Origin: the human T2T-CHM13v2.0 reference genome, Homo sapiens
Reading direction: 5' to 3' (one strand)
Assembly: GCF_009914755.1 (NCBI RefSeq)
Contig: NC_060934.1
Length of the DNA: 64,000 nt
Shown here: in pieces, positions 11,517-26,561 of the stretch
Numbering within the stretch: the first letter of the stretch is position 1
Layout: the number at the start of each line of letters is the position of its first letter
The notes under the pieces: generated by a model
Databases searched by the model: none
What the model saw: the letters and a program-made list of their open reading frames with translations, nothing else
Told to the model about the DNA's origin: nothing
Program-made: the position numbers and the translations under genes

Positions 11517-14000
11517 TTTGCCCAAGAGAAATGAATACTTACTTTCACGCAAAAACCTGTACAAGAATACTTCAAGCAGATTTGTTCATACTTGCCCCAC
11601 TTGGGAAACAGCCCAGTCCCCTTTAATCAGTGAACGAATAAACTACTTACTGTACATCCATACAATGAAATACTATTCAGTAATAAAAATCAATAAATTA
11701 TTGATTCATGTAACAACATGTATGAATCTTAAATGTACTTAGCTAAGTAAAAGAAGCCAAATCTAAAGGGCTGTATGTTAGGTGATTCTATTTATATGAC
11801 ATTCTGGAAAAGGCAAAACTATAGAAATGTCAAACAAATCAGTGGTTTACTTCGGTAAGGGGCAGTTGGAAGGGTTGACTACATAGGGGCAGTTCAAAGG
11901 AAGTGCAGTGATGGAAGTGTTCTCTGTTACGGCTGTGGTTGTGGATATACAATGCTAAGCATCTGTCAAAACCTGTATATTACCTTAAAGAGTGAGTTTT
12001 ACTGTAGGTAAATATTTTTAAAATCAACCAGGATTTGATGGGAAACTAAAATGGAATATAAATATTACAAGTGAGCCTGTGTTACAAATGAATAACATAA
12101 CCACCCTGAAAGGAATGAAGAAGAAAATAAGTCAAATTACTTCAGAAAACAGCATTTTTGGACTGGATTCTATAAGACTGAGGACAAAAAGAACTATATG
12201 TAAACACTGAGTCTAGTTGGCAAATTGTTTTTCACATGAGCACCCATTAACAATTATGAAACTTTATTGGTATATACTAGACTTGAACAAATAAGTAAAA
12301 ATATTGCAGATAATGGGATCAAGTTTTTCACTGTGGAGAAAAAAGTTATAAATAAGGAAAGTGGAACATCTAGAATAAACCCACGTTGTTACTGGAATCA
12401 CAGGTATCAATCTGAATGCACACACATACACACACAGATAAATACAGAAATAAAGATGTATATGTAATCATGGCATAGCATACATACGTGTATTTCCTGG
12501 TTCTGACTTCTGAGAGGATAATGGCAAATCAATGGCAATGAGCACACCTAGTATCCAGATCTTACTTTCTAAATGCTACTTTACAATCAGAATTCCTTGG
12601 AGAAAAGTGGTTGATTGCAGAGCTGGGAAAAGATGGAGAAGATTATCATTATGGTGCCAAAAAGTAAAGATGTGTTCAGAAAAAAAAAAAAAATTGAGGG
12701 CTTGTCAAAGACCACAAGCGCCATCCTGACAAAGCTCTCAATGGCCCAAACTGGAAAAATTTGTACAATGAAATTGATAATGATAATATTATATAATAAC
12801 CCAAAGCATACTGATATAATTAACTGAATAAATAAAAGAGGGAAAGGGAAGTTCTATCTCATAGAATTCCAATGAATAAATGTAGAAGAAATGAGGGAAA
12901 TAGGAAATCACCATGATAATGACATTGTAATAATTGTTTTAGGCAAGATCCCCCCATGGATGGTAGATTTAGTGGGCAAAAGTCTGAGGAGACACAGGAT
13001 ATTTTCATACACTCAAAGTATCTCCTCCACAATATTTATTAATTACAAAGGGAGAGATAATGACTTCATAATAGAAAAACCCAGAACATACCATCATAAT
13101 CATGTGATCAAGGGTAATGTCACTAGGAATAAAACACAAAAACATTACATACTGCCTGATATAATGTACCAAGAAGGGAATATCATCTGTTTATTTTCTC
13201 AACAAAAGTGCCTAGCATCAATCTAATCATGAGAAGACATCAGGCAAACCAAAATTGAGGGAAATTCTATGAAATAGTTGCTCGGTGTTTTTCAAAAGTA
13301 TATCAGTTCATTCTCACGCTGCTAATAAAGACATACCTGAGACTGGGTACTTTACAGAGAAAAAGAGGTTTAATGGGCTCACAGTTCCACATAGCTGGGG
13401 AGGCCTCACAATCACAGTAGAGGCAAAAGGCATGTCTTAACATGGCAGCAGACAAGAGAGAGAATGAGAGCCAAGAGAATGGGGTTTCCCCTTATAAAAC
13501 CATCAGATCTCATGAGACATATTTACTGCCATGAGAACAGTATGGGGGAACCACTCCCATGATTATTTAATTATCTCCCACCGGGTCCCTCCCACAACAC
13601 GTGGGAATTATGGGAGCTACAATTCAAGATAAAATTTGGGTGGGGACACAGCCAAATCACATCAAAAAGTGTCAAGGGTATAAAAGACAAGAAAAGACTG
13701 AGGAATTGACACATCCCAGAGGAGATTAAGGAAATGTGACAACTAAGTGAAATGTGGGCTCTTGGACTGAATCCTGGAATAGGAGAAGGACATTAGTGGA
13801 AAATCTGGTGAAATCTGAAAAGCCTGGAGTTTAAATAATAGCAATCTACTAATACTAATTTGTTAGTTTTGATAATTGTATTATGGCTATGCAAGATGTT
13901 AAGATGAAGAGAAGCTGTGAGATGGGTATACAGGGACTCTGTACTATTCTTGTAACTTTTCTGTAAGTCTAAAATTATTGCAAGATAAGTTTAAAAATTA
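11517..14000 (+). mobile_element. L1M (L1MC/MD-like) long 3' end
   Basis: Continues the L1 split by ERV-L (ttgcccaagagaaatgaa...); ends ctgtaagtctaaaattatt...aagtttaaaaa. Confidence 0.8.
13299..13664 (-). mobile_element. THE1 (MaLR) solo LTR
   Basis: ctgctaataaagacatacctgagactggg...gggtggggacacagccaaa; 5-bp TSD AAAAG at 13294-98 and 13665-69. Confidence 0.92.
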
Positions 14001-14110
14001 CATGACCAGTATTACTGCTAACAAGAAATATCTGTGAAATTTGAGAAAAAGGAAGAAACAAAAAAAGAAAAGTATACCATGCAATAACTACACCCTAAAG
14101 AGGATTATTA

Positions 14111-14998
<888 letters not shown>

Positions 14999-15040
14999 TA
15001 TATATATAGTCTTAAAGTTGGATTATTTGGTACATGCAGA

Positions 15041-15188
15041 TATACGTATATATATATACACACACACACACATATGTACGTATATATGTGTATATGTGTG
15101 TGTGTGTATATATGTGTATATATACGTATATATGTGTATATATATAGTGTAGCATGTGTGTGTATATATTTATATATATATGTACATA
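15041..15188. repeat. (TA)n/(CA)n/(TG)n microsatellite
   Basis: Read directly. Confidence 0.95.
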
Positions 15189-15427
15189 TTCTCCAATCCT
15201 GTCCTGTTCCATGGCTAATAGAGTGAAGATACACCACATACTCAGAGATGACATCTATGGCATTTAGGATCAAGAAAAAAATCTGAAAATTAAAAAGTAA
15301 ATATCAAATTATAATAAAAGATTTGTATACTTTCTACTTGTAAAGACAATGCTTCAAAGTCAACAGTAATAAGATAAATTTTGAATTATTTTTCTAGTAA
15401 TTATGATCAGGTTGTGCTAAGCCTTTA

Positions 15428-15615
15428 TTTTCAAAGTATTGTTGCATTTGAGAATCACCTAAACGTTTCTAAACTGCAGCTCTGTGCACTGTTTCAATAA
15501 TATTGAGTTGAGGCTTGAAAACGAGGGGTTTCTTTTTTGCTTTTGTTTTTGTTTTTGTTTTTTGAAAATTCTCTAGGTGATTCAAACATTATACAACCAA
15601 GTTTGGATACCACTC
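15428..15615. mobile_element. MER5-like hAT-Charlie MITE
   Basis: ttttcaaag...gagaatcacct...ctaggtgattc...aagtttggataccact. Confidence 0.55.
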
Positions 15616-16511
15616 TTCTATGTCATCCTCTCTTATTTATCAGAGAAATATGATTTGCCCTCTGTCTTAGATTCAAGTTGGCTATGAAACCTGAATCTAA
15701 ACCCCAGGCTCACTCACATTTCTGTGAATTCATCTGAGTAGCTTTCTGGTGTGTGCATTGGCAGCCTACAGGCAGCTGCGCAGGTATTTCACTTATGGTC
15801 CTTCTGTCTATGCTATTCTTTACCAGCACCTACAAATTTAGATATGGCTTTAGATTTTAGGCAGGCATATTTATTGAAAGGACAAATATAGAATGAATGT
15901 AAAAATCTGATATTTAATTTAAGAGATCCGTAAATGAAACTTCAATGTGTCCTTGTCACTTCTAAGTTAATGGGGCCAAATATATCCTTGAGCACCTCTC
16001 CAGGAACACCTTGGATATGCCTCTTTTCATTTAAGATAGACCTTCTCTGACAAATCCACTGATAGTGGATGAGTTGGGGCAAGTTAACTCTTCTAGTATT
16101 GAATTTTATAATTTGCTTATCATCATTTTGTTTTTATGGAATTTCTTTTTTTGAAAATTTAGAACACTAATATTCATTCAGATTTTAGTGGTCATAAAAA
16201 TCAACCAGAGAAGAAATTTTTAAAAGTGGAAATTCTTGACTACCTACCTTGAGATTGCATATAATTAACTTTGAGGTGAGTCCCCAAAACCTATGTTTTT
16301 AAATAAGTATCTTTTCATGGTTCTCATGCAGATCATGAAAAGGTGTCACTAGAATACTCCTTAAAAAATCCCAAGTAAGATAATCTCTGAGAATTTTATG
16401 TGTTTATGGTTACTCTGTAGCTGAAAACTAGTACAGGCATTGAACTTCATCAATGCAGACATTGTAAGGAAAAATAGAATTTGCTAAAGTATAAAGGGGA
16501 AAAAATCTAGT

Positions 16512-16606
16512 TTTGAAAATGAGCCTACCTCTCATTAGTCATTTGAAAATGAGCCTACCTCTCAAAAAAATCAACTAATCAACCTCTCTGATTAGTTGAT
16601 TTTTTT
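16512..16606. repeat. 23-bp direct repeat followed by perfect 18-bp inverted repeat
   Basis: TTTGAAAATGAGCCTACCTCTCA at 16512-34 and 16542-64; arms 16564-81 and 16589-606 with 7-nt loop. Confidence 0.95.
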
Positions 16607-18744
16607 ATAAATGACAATTTTTGTGAAATGACTCACTTGGGTATTATTACAGGCTGAGTATGATAGTAGTCATTAATATTCCGGCCACACATGCAATTCA
16701 TTTAGCAAATGCTTTGCTCTTTGAATCGTGAAGTTCCTAATGTAATTGCATCCAGCAGCTAGTACGTGGCAGTAGACCCCTGCATGGCTATGTGGATCTC
16801 TCCTTTCAAATATTGTATCGAAACCTCTATGTGTGGCCCTGATGCAGGGTACTTTCAGCTTCCATCTGTCCTTCTGCCTCATTTCTAAAAAACTACTTAG
16901 TTGTATTTAGAATCAAAGAGGAAAGAATTTTTTTTCATCTTGTGGTCCTGGCTGAATGTGAAAATACTTTGAGCTGCTTTGAAGGTTGGCGTAAAAAAGA
17001 AAAAAAAAACAATTTTACTCTAACACTTATGCAGCAATTGTTATGAAACCAGCAAGGGGGAATGTGAAGGCAATTTGGTTATCATCACAGTATTATATTG
17101 CCTTTTGCTTTTCCCTCAGACTTTAACCTTTTCTTAAATGTTGAATCTTGGGCTATATTGTTCATCATATCCACCCAAGAAATGCTTTTCCTGTCAAATG
17201 AATTTTCTTTTTTACTTCATTTGCCATTTAGCTTTTGCTAAGTACAACTGGGAGTAGCATTATGGTCTCAGATAACAGAAGAAAAATTAAATGTGTTAAA
17301 AAGCTGTCTGGTACTTTTTCTAGGGAGGTGAGGCCTCATTGTCATGCATGAGCCTATTGGTTAACTTCTAATGGACGACATAGGAGTGTGATTCTAGAAA
17401 ATCCTATTGTGGGTTTTGGGAGCTCATGCGAGCCAAACAGTCCTTACTGCTCAGGCATCCTATCCTTCACAATTTGTTAAATTGTATTTCTCATCGGAGA
17501 CTAGCTGATAACACTTGCAACGAGCCAGGGGAAAGTAGGTTTTGCGGTATCTTAATTTGAGAAAATTGATTAAGGTATATTTAAGATTGTGCCCATCTTA
17601 GGGAAAAATGAAATAACTCATTATGAAGAGAATGGACAGCTTGTTATTATTCTGATAGGGGACAATTTGATGAGCAAATTCTGAAGTGTCATAGCCAACT
17701 TCTTGGGCTTTGCATTTTGTTTGGTGGTTCCTAAAGAAAAAAAATTTAATCAACTTTAGGAGGTGAGCAGATGTTGACATAGAAAACTTTCAAAAATACA
17801 CAAACTTGCAAAGGAAAATTAATATAATTGTTAAAATTTTGATGCTTGTGCTTCCAGCCTATTTTCTTTGTGTACACGTACATGTTTGTGGCATTGTATT
17901 TTATCAACTTCTCTGAATACCGTCTTTTTTTCGCCTGCTCCTTAGATTGTAAGCATTTCCCATTGCTATTAAATTTTTTTCACAAACATAAATTGAATAT
18001 TTTTAAAATGCAACCTTTATGCACTATAATTTAATTAACCATTCTTTAATAATTGGACATTAAGTTTATTTATAATAATCTTGACCCATGATTGGAGGCC
18101 TAAAATATTTGTCAAAAACTCCATATTTCCACGAGTAAATTAAATGGCAATGTTGGATTCTGGATCTCTCTATTTGTAGTAACTAATTTACTTCTTGAGA
18201 AAAACAAAAAATGTTGAATAGCATCACAGGCCTTAAAACTGGTTATCTGGGAAATGTGTTTTGGTTATATTGGGGGTTGATTAATTGTTTCCTAAGTAGC
18301 AGAAGCTACTTAGGAATGTTTGTGGTCAGTAGATTAGAGCAAGAGTCTCAGTCTTTTGTTCAAGAAAGGGACTAGGCTTATAACTCCAAATCTGCCAGAT
18401 TGTGGCAATTCATTATGAAGTGTCTGAGTTGGGTGTTAGGAACTCTACGCTCACTAACTTCTCTGACTGGGGAGGGAAAGAAAGCAATCGCCTATGGTGA
18501 GAAACATGGAAGGCTATGAAGTGACTAGTTGCTTGAAATAGATTATTTGGGAAGAGAAATGATAAAGTCAGCTTTTTAACCAGATAAAAGTTTGACATCT
18601 TCTGACTCAAATTTTGTTTGGCCAAGTCAGAGACTAATTTGGGGGTAGGAGGAGGATTCACCTAGAGTTTAAAACTGAAAGTCTGAGTGAAGTGTTGAGC
18701 ATCATGAATAAATGAATAAGTAAATGAATGTCTCTGATTCTCCA

Positions 18745-19412
18745 TTCTCTGACACAAACTGGGTGTCTACCAATCCAATTCAATTCAATTGAAGGCTCAG
18801 TCCCGCAAGACTGCTCCCCCTTCAGAAGCCAGCCACAATTGAGTGTGCACGCTTATTCTTCTGTCTAACTTGGCTACAAATGTGGGAGTCCCCATGACTC
18901 CTCTTTCTTTGTGTTCAGTAATTCACAGAAAAATGCTATATTTACTATTACAATTTATCATAAATGATACCAGTAAAAAAAAACAGTTGAAGAGGTACAT
19001 AGAATGAGATTTGAAAGGGTCCCTAGTGCGGGAGCCTCTGTCCCTGTGAAGTTGGAATGCATCACCGTCCTGGCACCTCAGTGGGCTCACAAATTTGGAA
19101 GCTCTCCAAACTCCATTGTTTAAGAGTTCTTAGGGAGGTCTCATTACTTAGGAATGACTACAGAAATCGTTACTTGGTGAATGAACTCAATCTCTATTCT
19201 CTCTTTGAGGTAGGGGGATGGGGCTGAAAGTTCCAAACTTCCAATCATGGCTTGGTCTTTCTGGTGGCCAGCCCCCATTTGAAGCTGTCTAGGCCCCTTC
19301 TGCCAAAAATCATCTCATTAGCATACAAAGGACACTAATCACTTAGGAGACTCCAAGGGATTTTGGAACTCTGTGCCAGGAACCAAATATATATATTTTT
19401 AACCTTACCACA
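18745..19412 (-). mobile_element. LTR, MER21/MER77-like
   Basis: tctgacacaaactgggtgtc...ggctcagtcccgcaagactgc...ggggctgaaagttccaaac...ttaccaca; inserted within a GAAT-repeat (L2 tail). Confidence 0.7.
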
Positions 19413-21087
19413 GAATGAATGAATGAATGGTTGGATGAATTAATGAATACCAGTTACTGAGCACCTCCTATGCGTAAAGCAATACACAAGACACTGTGAG
19501 AATATAACAATGCATAAAAGTGGTTTCTAATATTTGTTGTATAGTTCATTTAGCCTCACAGGAGACGGAAATTGTTGTAAAAGCTGCAGAAGGATATATA
19601 GGATCTCGATAGGTAGAGAAGTGGGGAGGAAAACAACTACAGGTATACAATTCCTTGAAGCGCAGGGATCTTGTTCCTCTCCTTCATTGTTGTAATGCCT
19701 AGTGGAGGACCAGTACATAGTAGGTATGCAGTAAGCACTTTAAAAAAAAAACAAACCTTGGGGTAGGATGCTAGATGGCTGAATGATGGGAAAAAGTGGA
19801 GAATGTGCAATTGTCCAGGGATGGTTTCAGAGGCTGTGTATGTCATGCTCTGGGATTGGCTATTAGAAATCTACTTCATGGGATTGATTGGCATGTGCAA
19901 GGAGCAGGGGCTGGAAACAGTTTGAGACCAGTTTGCAGAGGTCTATGACTGACAGACTAAGTGTGGACCATTTGTCCATTAGTCACTGAAAGTGACTGAT
20001 GGTTTGGAAGTTAAAAATGATAAAACTGGCATTTAAGAAGAAAGATCTGGCATGGGTATGCAGTAACCGGGAGAGAGTAAAAAAGGTATGATGTTGAGTG
20101 TTCCAGGCACTCAACACCATGTGATATGTTCAGTGTGAAAGTAAAAAAAAAAAAAAAAAAAGAGACAATATTGGTGATACCTTTAATAAATCAACCTCAA
20201 TGACTAGGCAACCTCTGTATAGTTTGCCCTATAAACTTAGGGACCATATACACGACTTAGGGACCATGGGCCATCTCTTCAAAGAGGTTTTATTTTTATT
20301 GAGTCCTTGAGCCTGTCTTATAGATATAGAGGAGGTATCTTCAGGCCTGGCCTGCTGTCTTTTCTTCCAAATCCATTTGCTGTACCCTAGAGACAGCAGT
20401 TCCTACTCTGACACATCTCAAGTAGGCCTCTTGATAATAACACTTTGATCCCAGTCCTGATTCATTTCACATGAGGGCTCCTTGATCTGCTTTTGGCCCA
20501 CATTCTGCAGCCACTAGCAAGCTCTGTTCCACTCTTACCCCTGTCCCACAGTCCTATAACCCCCACCCTGTTTCAGTGTCTGGGATTAATTATTGCAATG
20601 TCCCTATAAGTTGTTATCACTATTTTCAGATGGGGAAACTAAGTCACAGAGAGGTTATTCAGATGGAAGGTGGAAAAAAATAGAATTGAAACCCAGCCAT
20701 TTTGGCTCCAGTGTCAAAGCCACATGAGGTTACACTGGTAGATGAGAAAAGGGAACACATGAATTAAGGATTTCCTAAAGAAGGTTTGAAATTTCTCTAA
20801 GCAAAGAAGAATATAAGTCTGAGGACAGGATGAGAGGGGCACTCAATGTCAGGAAAGTGTTGTGGATCCCAGTTTCCAGAACCAAATGTGATTTCTCACA
20901 TCTTCATGTCTTTACACGTGCTGGTTTCTCTACCTGGTATGCTTTCTGCCTTTTATTCTTTTGACTAGCTCCTGTTCATCCTAAAAAAACCTAGCTCAGA
21001 TACCACCTTGTATTGAAGGTTTCCTTACATGCAATGCTTTTGGCTTATTGGTCTCCACTCACTCTGTGCTGATTTCTGTCATAGCTT

Positions 21088-22000
21088 GTGGTAGACTGTA
21101 AAAAATAAAAAGTTGCCCCCAACTGTTCATCAATTTCTATATCCACACACTTTGCTATATTACTTTGCAGCCCCATCAAGAGGCTGTATGTATTCCTCCC
21201 CGCTGCCCCATCCCACCACATTCTTGAGTATGGGCTGCCTGTGATTTTCTCTGGCCAACAGAGCATGGGAGGAGTGATGCTGTCCCAGGTTTCAGGCTGG
21301 ACCTCCAGAGATCTCATGACTTCTGGTCTTTTGGAGCCTTTCCTCTCCCATGAGAACAAGGCTGGGTTGACCTGATAGCATGGTAAGGAAGCATATAGAG
21401 GAGAGGTGAGCCAACCCTTAGAAATAGAGCCCTTTGCTGGCCCCTGCCTGGTCACAGATGCATGAGGGATCCCAAAGAAGAAAGGTCAAATCTGGCCCAG
21501 ATCAGCAAAACTGCTTAGTCAACCTGTGGACCCATGAGGAACAACAAAAAACACTGTTGTTCTAAGCTGCTAACTTTTGGGATGGTGTATTGCACAGCAA
21601 TTACTAACTGATACAGAAATTGATACCTAAAACAAAATCCTAAAATATGTGGCATTAGCTTTGTGTAGGAGTAGTGACTACAGACTTTAAAAGCTAAGCC
21701 CAGAAAAATGGTGAGAAAATTTTAAGGGGAGGCTGGAAAACTGGCAATCCATGTTTAAAGTAATGAAGTGACTAGCAAAGTGTTATTTGTGGCAACTTGG
21801 AGGACGGAACATGTCCCTAATGAATATTTCAATTTGGCTAAGAAGATTGCTAGGCACAAGAATGAAAGTGTCAATTAGCTGCTGCCTGATGAATATGACA
21901 AGGTACAGAAAGCAGATGATAAACTAAAAAAAAAAAGAACTAACCAGTTTGTGAAATGCAAAGTTTGCATAAAATTTGTTCTTATTGCTAGCCTCTCAAA
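21088..22000 (+). mobile_element. MLT1 (MaLR) LTR followed by MLT1-internal sequence
   Basis: tgtggtagactg...gcacagcaattactaactgataca (~21615), then gaaattgatacc...cctaaaatatgtggcattagctttg. Confidence 0.75.
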
Positions 22001-22658
22001 GCAGTAAAAGATCAAATACAGGGCATGCCAGAAAGGCATGGCCATTAGGTGAAGATAGACATGGAAATAGGGAAGCAATTTATAGAATCTAGGCAAATAA
22101 ATGTTGATCAACTAAGCAAAAACATATGTAATTAGTAGTGAGAAACTGATATGCAGGAAATATAGAAAGCTTTGAGATAAAAATTTGAACACGTGCTCGT
22201 TTCTAAACCTGCCAACTTCTTTCCCTTTTATCTCTATAATTGTCAATCTTTTCTCCTTCTTCATTTGCCCTTCTGATTTCTTTTTTGCTACTGCCCTTCC
22301 TATCTTTCAATGATGGGAACGATTAAAACATACCCGGAAAGGAGGGAACCTTGGAAAACTGAGCCCAAAATTCAGCATGAAACTTCTCTTTGAGGCATCC
22401 ACTAACTCCTAGCTGGGCTTACATGAGGCAAAATCAGGCAAATCTCTAAAGAAAATCGCAGATTGTAGCAACTGGGGTGCTGAGTAGCTGAGCAGGGATT
22501 TTTGGCAGTCATCTAGCACTGGGTAGGCAGAAGTTGGAGTTCATGGTCCAACACAGTGGAGAAGCTGTGTGAAATATCCTCATGCTTTCAGCTGAGACTC
22601 CAGATGGGGAATTAACTAAGGGCTAAGCCACTGCATTAAAAGCCGCTCTCTAGTAGAC

Positions 22659-23820
22659 CGTGTTCCCATTATCTGTTACTGTTTTGCAAACCATCTCAAA
22701 ATTTAGAGATTTAAGAGGAAAACTTACTATCTTTCATAATTTTGGGGGTTGACAGACTCAGCTGGGTGGTTCAGTGATCTTCACGTGCAGCCAGATATTG
22801 AGACTGCAGTTGTTTGAAAGTTTTTTTGCTCAAGTCCCTAGAGCCTGGGCTAGGAGGTTTAAAATAGCTGGGGAGTGGTCAAGCATTTATCTCTATAGGA
22901 GTCTTTTACACATGACTGGTTTGGGTCCTCACAGCATGGAAGTCTCAGTGTAGTTGCACTTCTCATATGGTGACTAGTTTCCTCCAGAGGGGGCATTTCA
23001 AAAGACAAGGCCATTCTCTTAAGACCTGGACCACAAATTGGCACAGCATCACTTCTGAGACAGTATGGAGAAGAGACTCTATCCTGGCAGACAAGAAACT
23101 TGGTAACCAAGATCTCAATGGGCCTCACATGTCTTGGATATATTCCCTCCCCCAGCCTTCCTGCTACCCAAACACATAGTCTCTCCTAACTTAGCTGATT
23201 AGGCTGAAATCCAAACCATAAAAGAAAGAACCTAACCATTTAACTCCTTGAGTAATATCTTCCAAGGTTGGTGAAGCAGGACTCTGGTATTCCTTAGAGT
23301 AACTGGACCAGATCCAGCGGGCTGAAGACAAGATGAAATCCGCCACTGACCTTTCATGACTTTCTTCTCACTGTAATCTCATTGTAATACTAACATCTCT
23401 GCCCAAGGCGGGGCTTATCCGCCATTTTCTGTACATGGGCCTGTCAGGGGATGACGCCCCCCTGCGCAGGCACAGGGAAAGCCCAGTCTAATCAGGCCAG
23501 CGGGTGACTACTTTTCCCATGTCAGCTTCCTTAAAATGAGAAGAGCCTGGCTCCTGCAGGAGCTAGCACCAGGAGCCCTTTCCAGTATGCTGCTCCCTTG
23601 GGAAGCTCAAGCAGCAAACCTAGCCTGAGAAAATTTATCTTTGGCCTGGTGTTAATTTCTGCTTAGCCGAGAGCCAAAGAACTCGGAGTTCCTGGTGCAG
23701 TAACGCTTCTGCCATATTAGATTGGTCAAAGCAGTCCCAGAGCCCACTCAGTTGTAAGAGGAGGAGCAACTCAACGAAAGGAATGTCAAAGAATTTGAGG
23801 TTATCTTTATTATGCCCCAA
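22659..23820 (-). mobile_element. MLT1 LTR split by a nested LTR
   Basis: MLT1 antisense motifs (cctcacagcatgg...ggcacagcatcacttc | tgccatatt...ttggtcaaagcagtc). Confidence 0.75.
23056..23705 (+). mobile_element. ERV1-class solo LTR nested in MLT1
   Basis: TGAGACAG...GTAACG termini; 4-bp TSD CTTC at 23052-55 and 23706-09; family not determined. Confidence 0.7.
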
Positions 23821-25833
23821 ACTAGCTCTCCCAAAGCTTTAAGTCCAGCTTCAACTGGATGAAGCAGATCTTCACATGGTCTATTTGCCTGTCAGAAAAA
23901 CAATTTAATCTTCCAGGAAGAAATGTTACTTCATCCAGAGACCTCTCCTGTCAGGGGCAAATTAGCTTCGTTGTGCTATCTCCGACTGAGGGGCAGGATG
24001 TTTCACAACGACTTTTTGACCTATTAAATGCCTTCAAATACATGGTTTATTATGAGGTTTTCACCCAACAACAGTCGTGCAAATATATTTAATACCCACA
24101 GGCAGTATTAAGAGAGAGGGAGACCTTAACCACAGTGAGTAGCTCAGGAGACCAGCACGCTGGCTGACCAACTGGGCAGGTCTGGCTTTCCCAAGGTGGC
24201 AGAGGGTGTTGCCACTTTTCCCCCAGCAGTGCTTCCAGCAGCTGCTGCCTATGAAAAAGAGGTCTCAGAGTTATCGTGGGCAGAGCTTCTGCAAGCATCT
24301 TGGCCATGGCCAGTTTCTTTGCAGTTTTTATGACCCTCTACAGGAGGATCCATAGCCATGATCTCAGCTGACTTTTGGCTTCACTTTCTTGTTAGGTCTT
24401 GGGGTTGCCTGATCACAGCAGGTGGTATCCTATCACTTCAGTCCACCATATATATGTTTATCACTTTGAAGGGTCAACAATTTCACTGTAGGCTGAGTCA
24501 CTTATCATAAGTGACTCCATTATGAGAAACTTAGGATCACAAAACATTATTATTTATCAAGACCCTACAAGTTGTTCATGTACAATGTTTTACATTCAAT
24601 GAAAAGTTATTAGAAATGCTTAAAAATAGGACCAAATGTCCAAAAGCCAAGAAAAAGTAAACAATAAAAGCAGGACCAAATGTTAGATTTATTATTTCGG
24701 GAATTTAAAATCATCATTAGTATAATCAAGAAAAATTTTTTAAAAGATGGAGAGCTTTGCCAGAAAACTGGTATCTATATAGAAGAGTAGAATCAAATAG
24801 AAATCCTAAAACTTAAAAATACAACATCAGATATTAATTCAGCAGATTAAAAATGGAATAAGAATGGATCACTAAACTGAAATATAGGTTAGTAGAAAAT
24901 ATTCATTTCTAATGATACAGAGAACAAAAGGATTGGAAATATAGAATGAGTGTAAGTAATATATAGTAGATGGTGAAAAGTATTAGTATATGTAACTGGA
25001 GTTCCAGCAAAAGAAGAGACAGGAGGAAACAGAAACAATACTTCTGAAGGAATATTGGCCAGGAATTTTTCAAAGGTTGGGAGATATCAAGCTTACAGAG
25101 TCAAGAAGTGCTATAAACCCCAAGCAGGATTAACACAAAGAGGACCACATCTAAATACAATGTATTCGAACTAACAAAATCAAACTACAGAGAGAAAAAT
25201 CTTTAAAGTAGCCAGAAAAAGGATACCCTCATTCAAAGCAATGAGATTGACAGTTGACTTTTCAACAGAAATGCACTGAATGCCAGAATTCAACAAGACG
25301 ATTAATATCTTTAAAGAGTTGGAAGGAGATAACTGCCAATTTATTATTCTATATATAGTGACAATATCCTCATAAAATACAGCAACATAAAGACAGATTT
25401 AGACAAACAAAAAATGAGAGAATTTGTTTCCAGGAGACTTACACTAAAAAAAATATTAAAAGGAACATTTTATGCAGAAAAAGAGAGAAAAGACCTTAAA
25501 TGGAAACAAAATAATGCAGGAAGGACTGAAGATCACTGTGGAGGAGGGAGAGCGAGGAAATCTAAATAAACTTTGATGATTGAGAATAACAATTACAACA
25601 TCTTTTGTGGTTTAAAAATATAAAGAGAGTTATAATACAACAGAAAAATAACATAGAAGGCAATAGGGAATGGTAAAAAGAGTTGAAATGCTGCAAATTG
25701 CCTGGGAAGCAGTGAAAAAAAATAATGTTAGGAAGATTCATACATTACGAATGCATATTGAAATGCCTAAGATAACCACTAAAACCACTATTAAGGGAGA
25801 AAATAGAAAAATAATTTTAAAAATACTTGATTA

Positions 25834-26125
<292 letters not shown>

Positions 26126-26561
26126 ACTTGATTAATTCAAAAGGCAAGATAAATAAAAATTTAAAAATAGATATGAAAAACAGAAAATAAATAATCAGAT
26201 GATAGGTTTAAGCCCAAATGTATCTGTAAGTACATTAAATATAAAGGAACTAGAGACTTCAATTAAAAAGCAAATATTGTGAGAGCATATACAGAAAAAA
26301 CATATCCAACAATATACTCCTTACAAAGTTTAAGCTTTAAATGTAAAGCACAGAGGGCCAGAGTGAAAATATAGAAAAGACTGTCTCCTGCAACACTAAC
26401 CACGAGAAAGCTGATATAACTATTCTAATGTAAGGCAAAGTAAACCTTAAGGCAACAGCATTGCTAGAAATAGATATTTTGTAAGAAGATGGACATATGT
26501 TATTTAAAGTAAAGCACAACAAATAAAAGAAGAAATTGACAAATTCAAAATCACATTTGGA

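Noticed and set aside
20236-20267. Short direct repeat ACTTAGGGACCAT x2 (similarly TTCAACTAGAA x2 near 42590)
   Set aside because: Ordinary micro-duplications with only two units and no associated structure.
24000-24450. Possible additional ERVL-type LTR fragment
   Set aside because: LTR-like composition, but I could not define termini, a TSD or a family.
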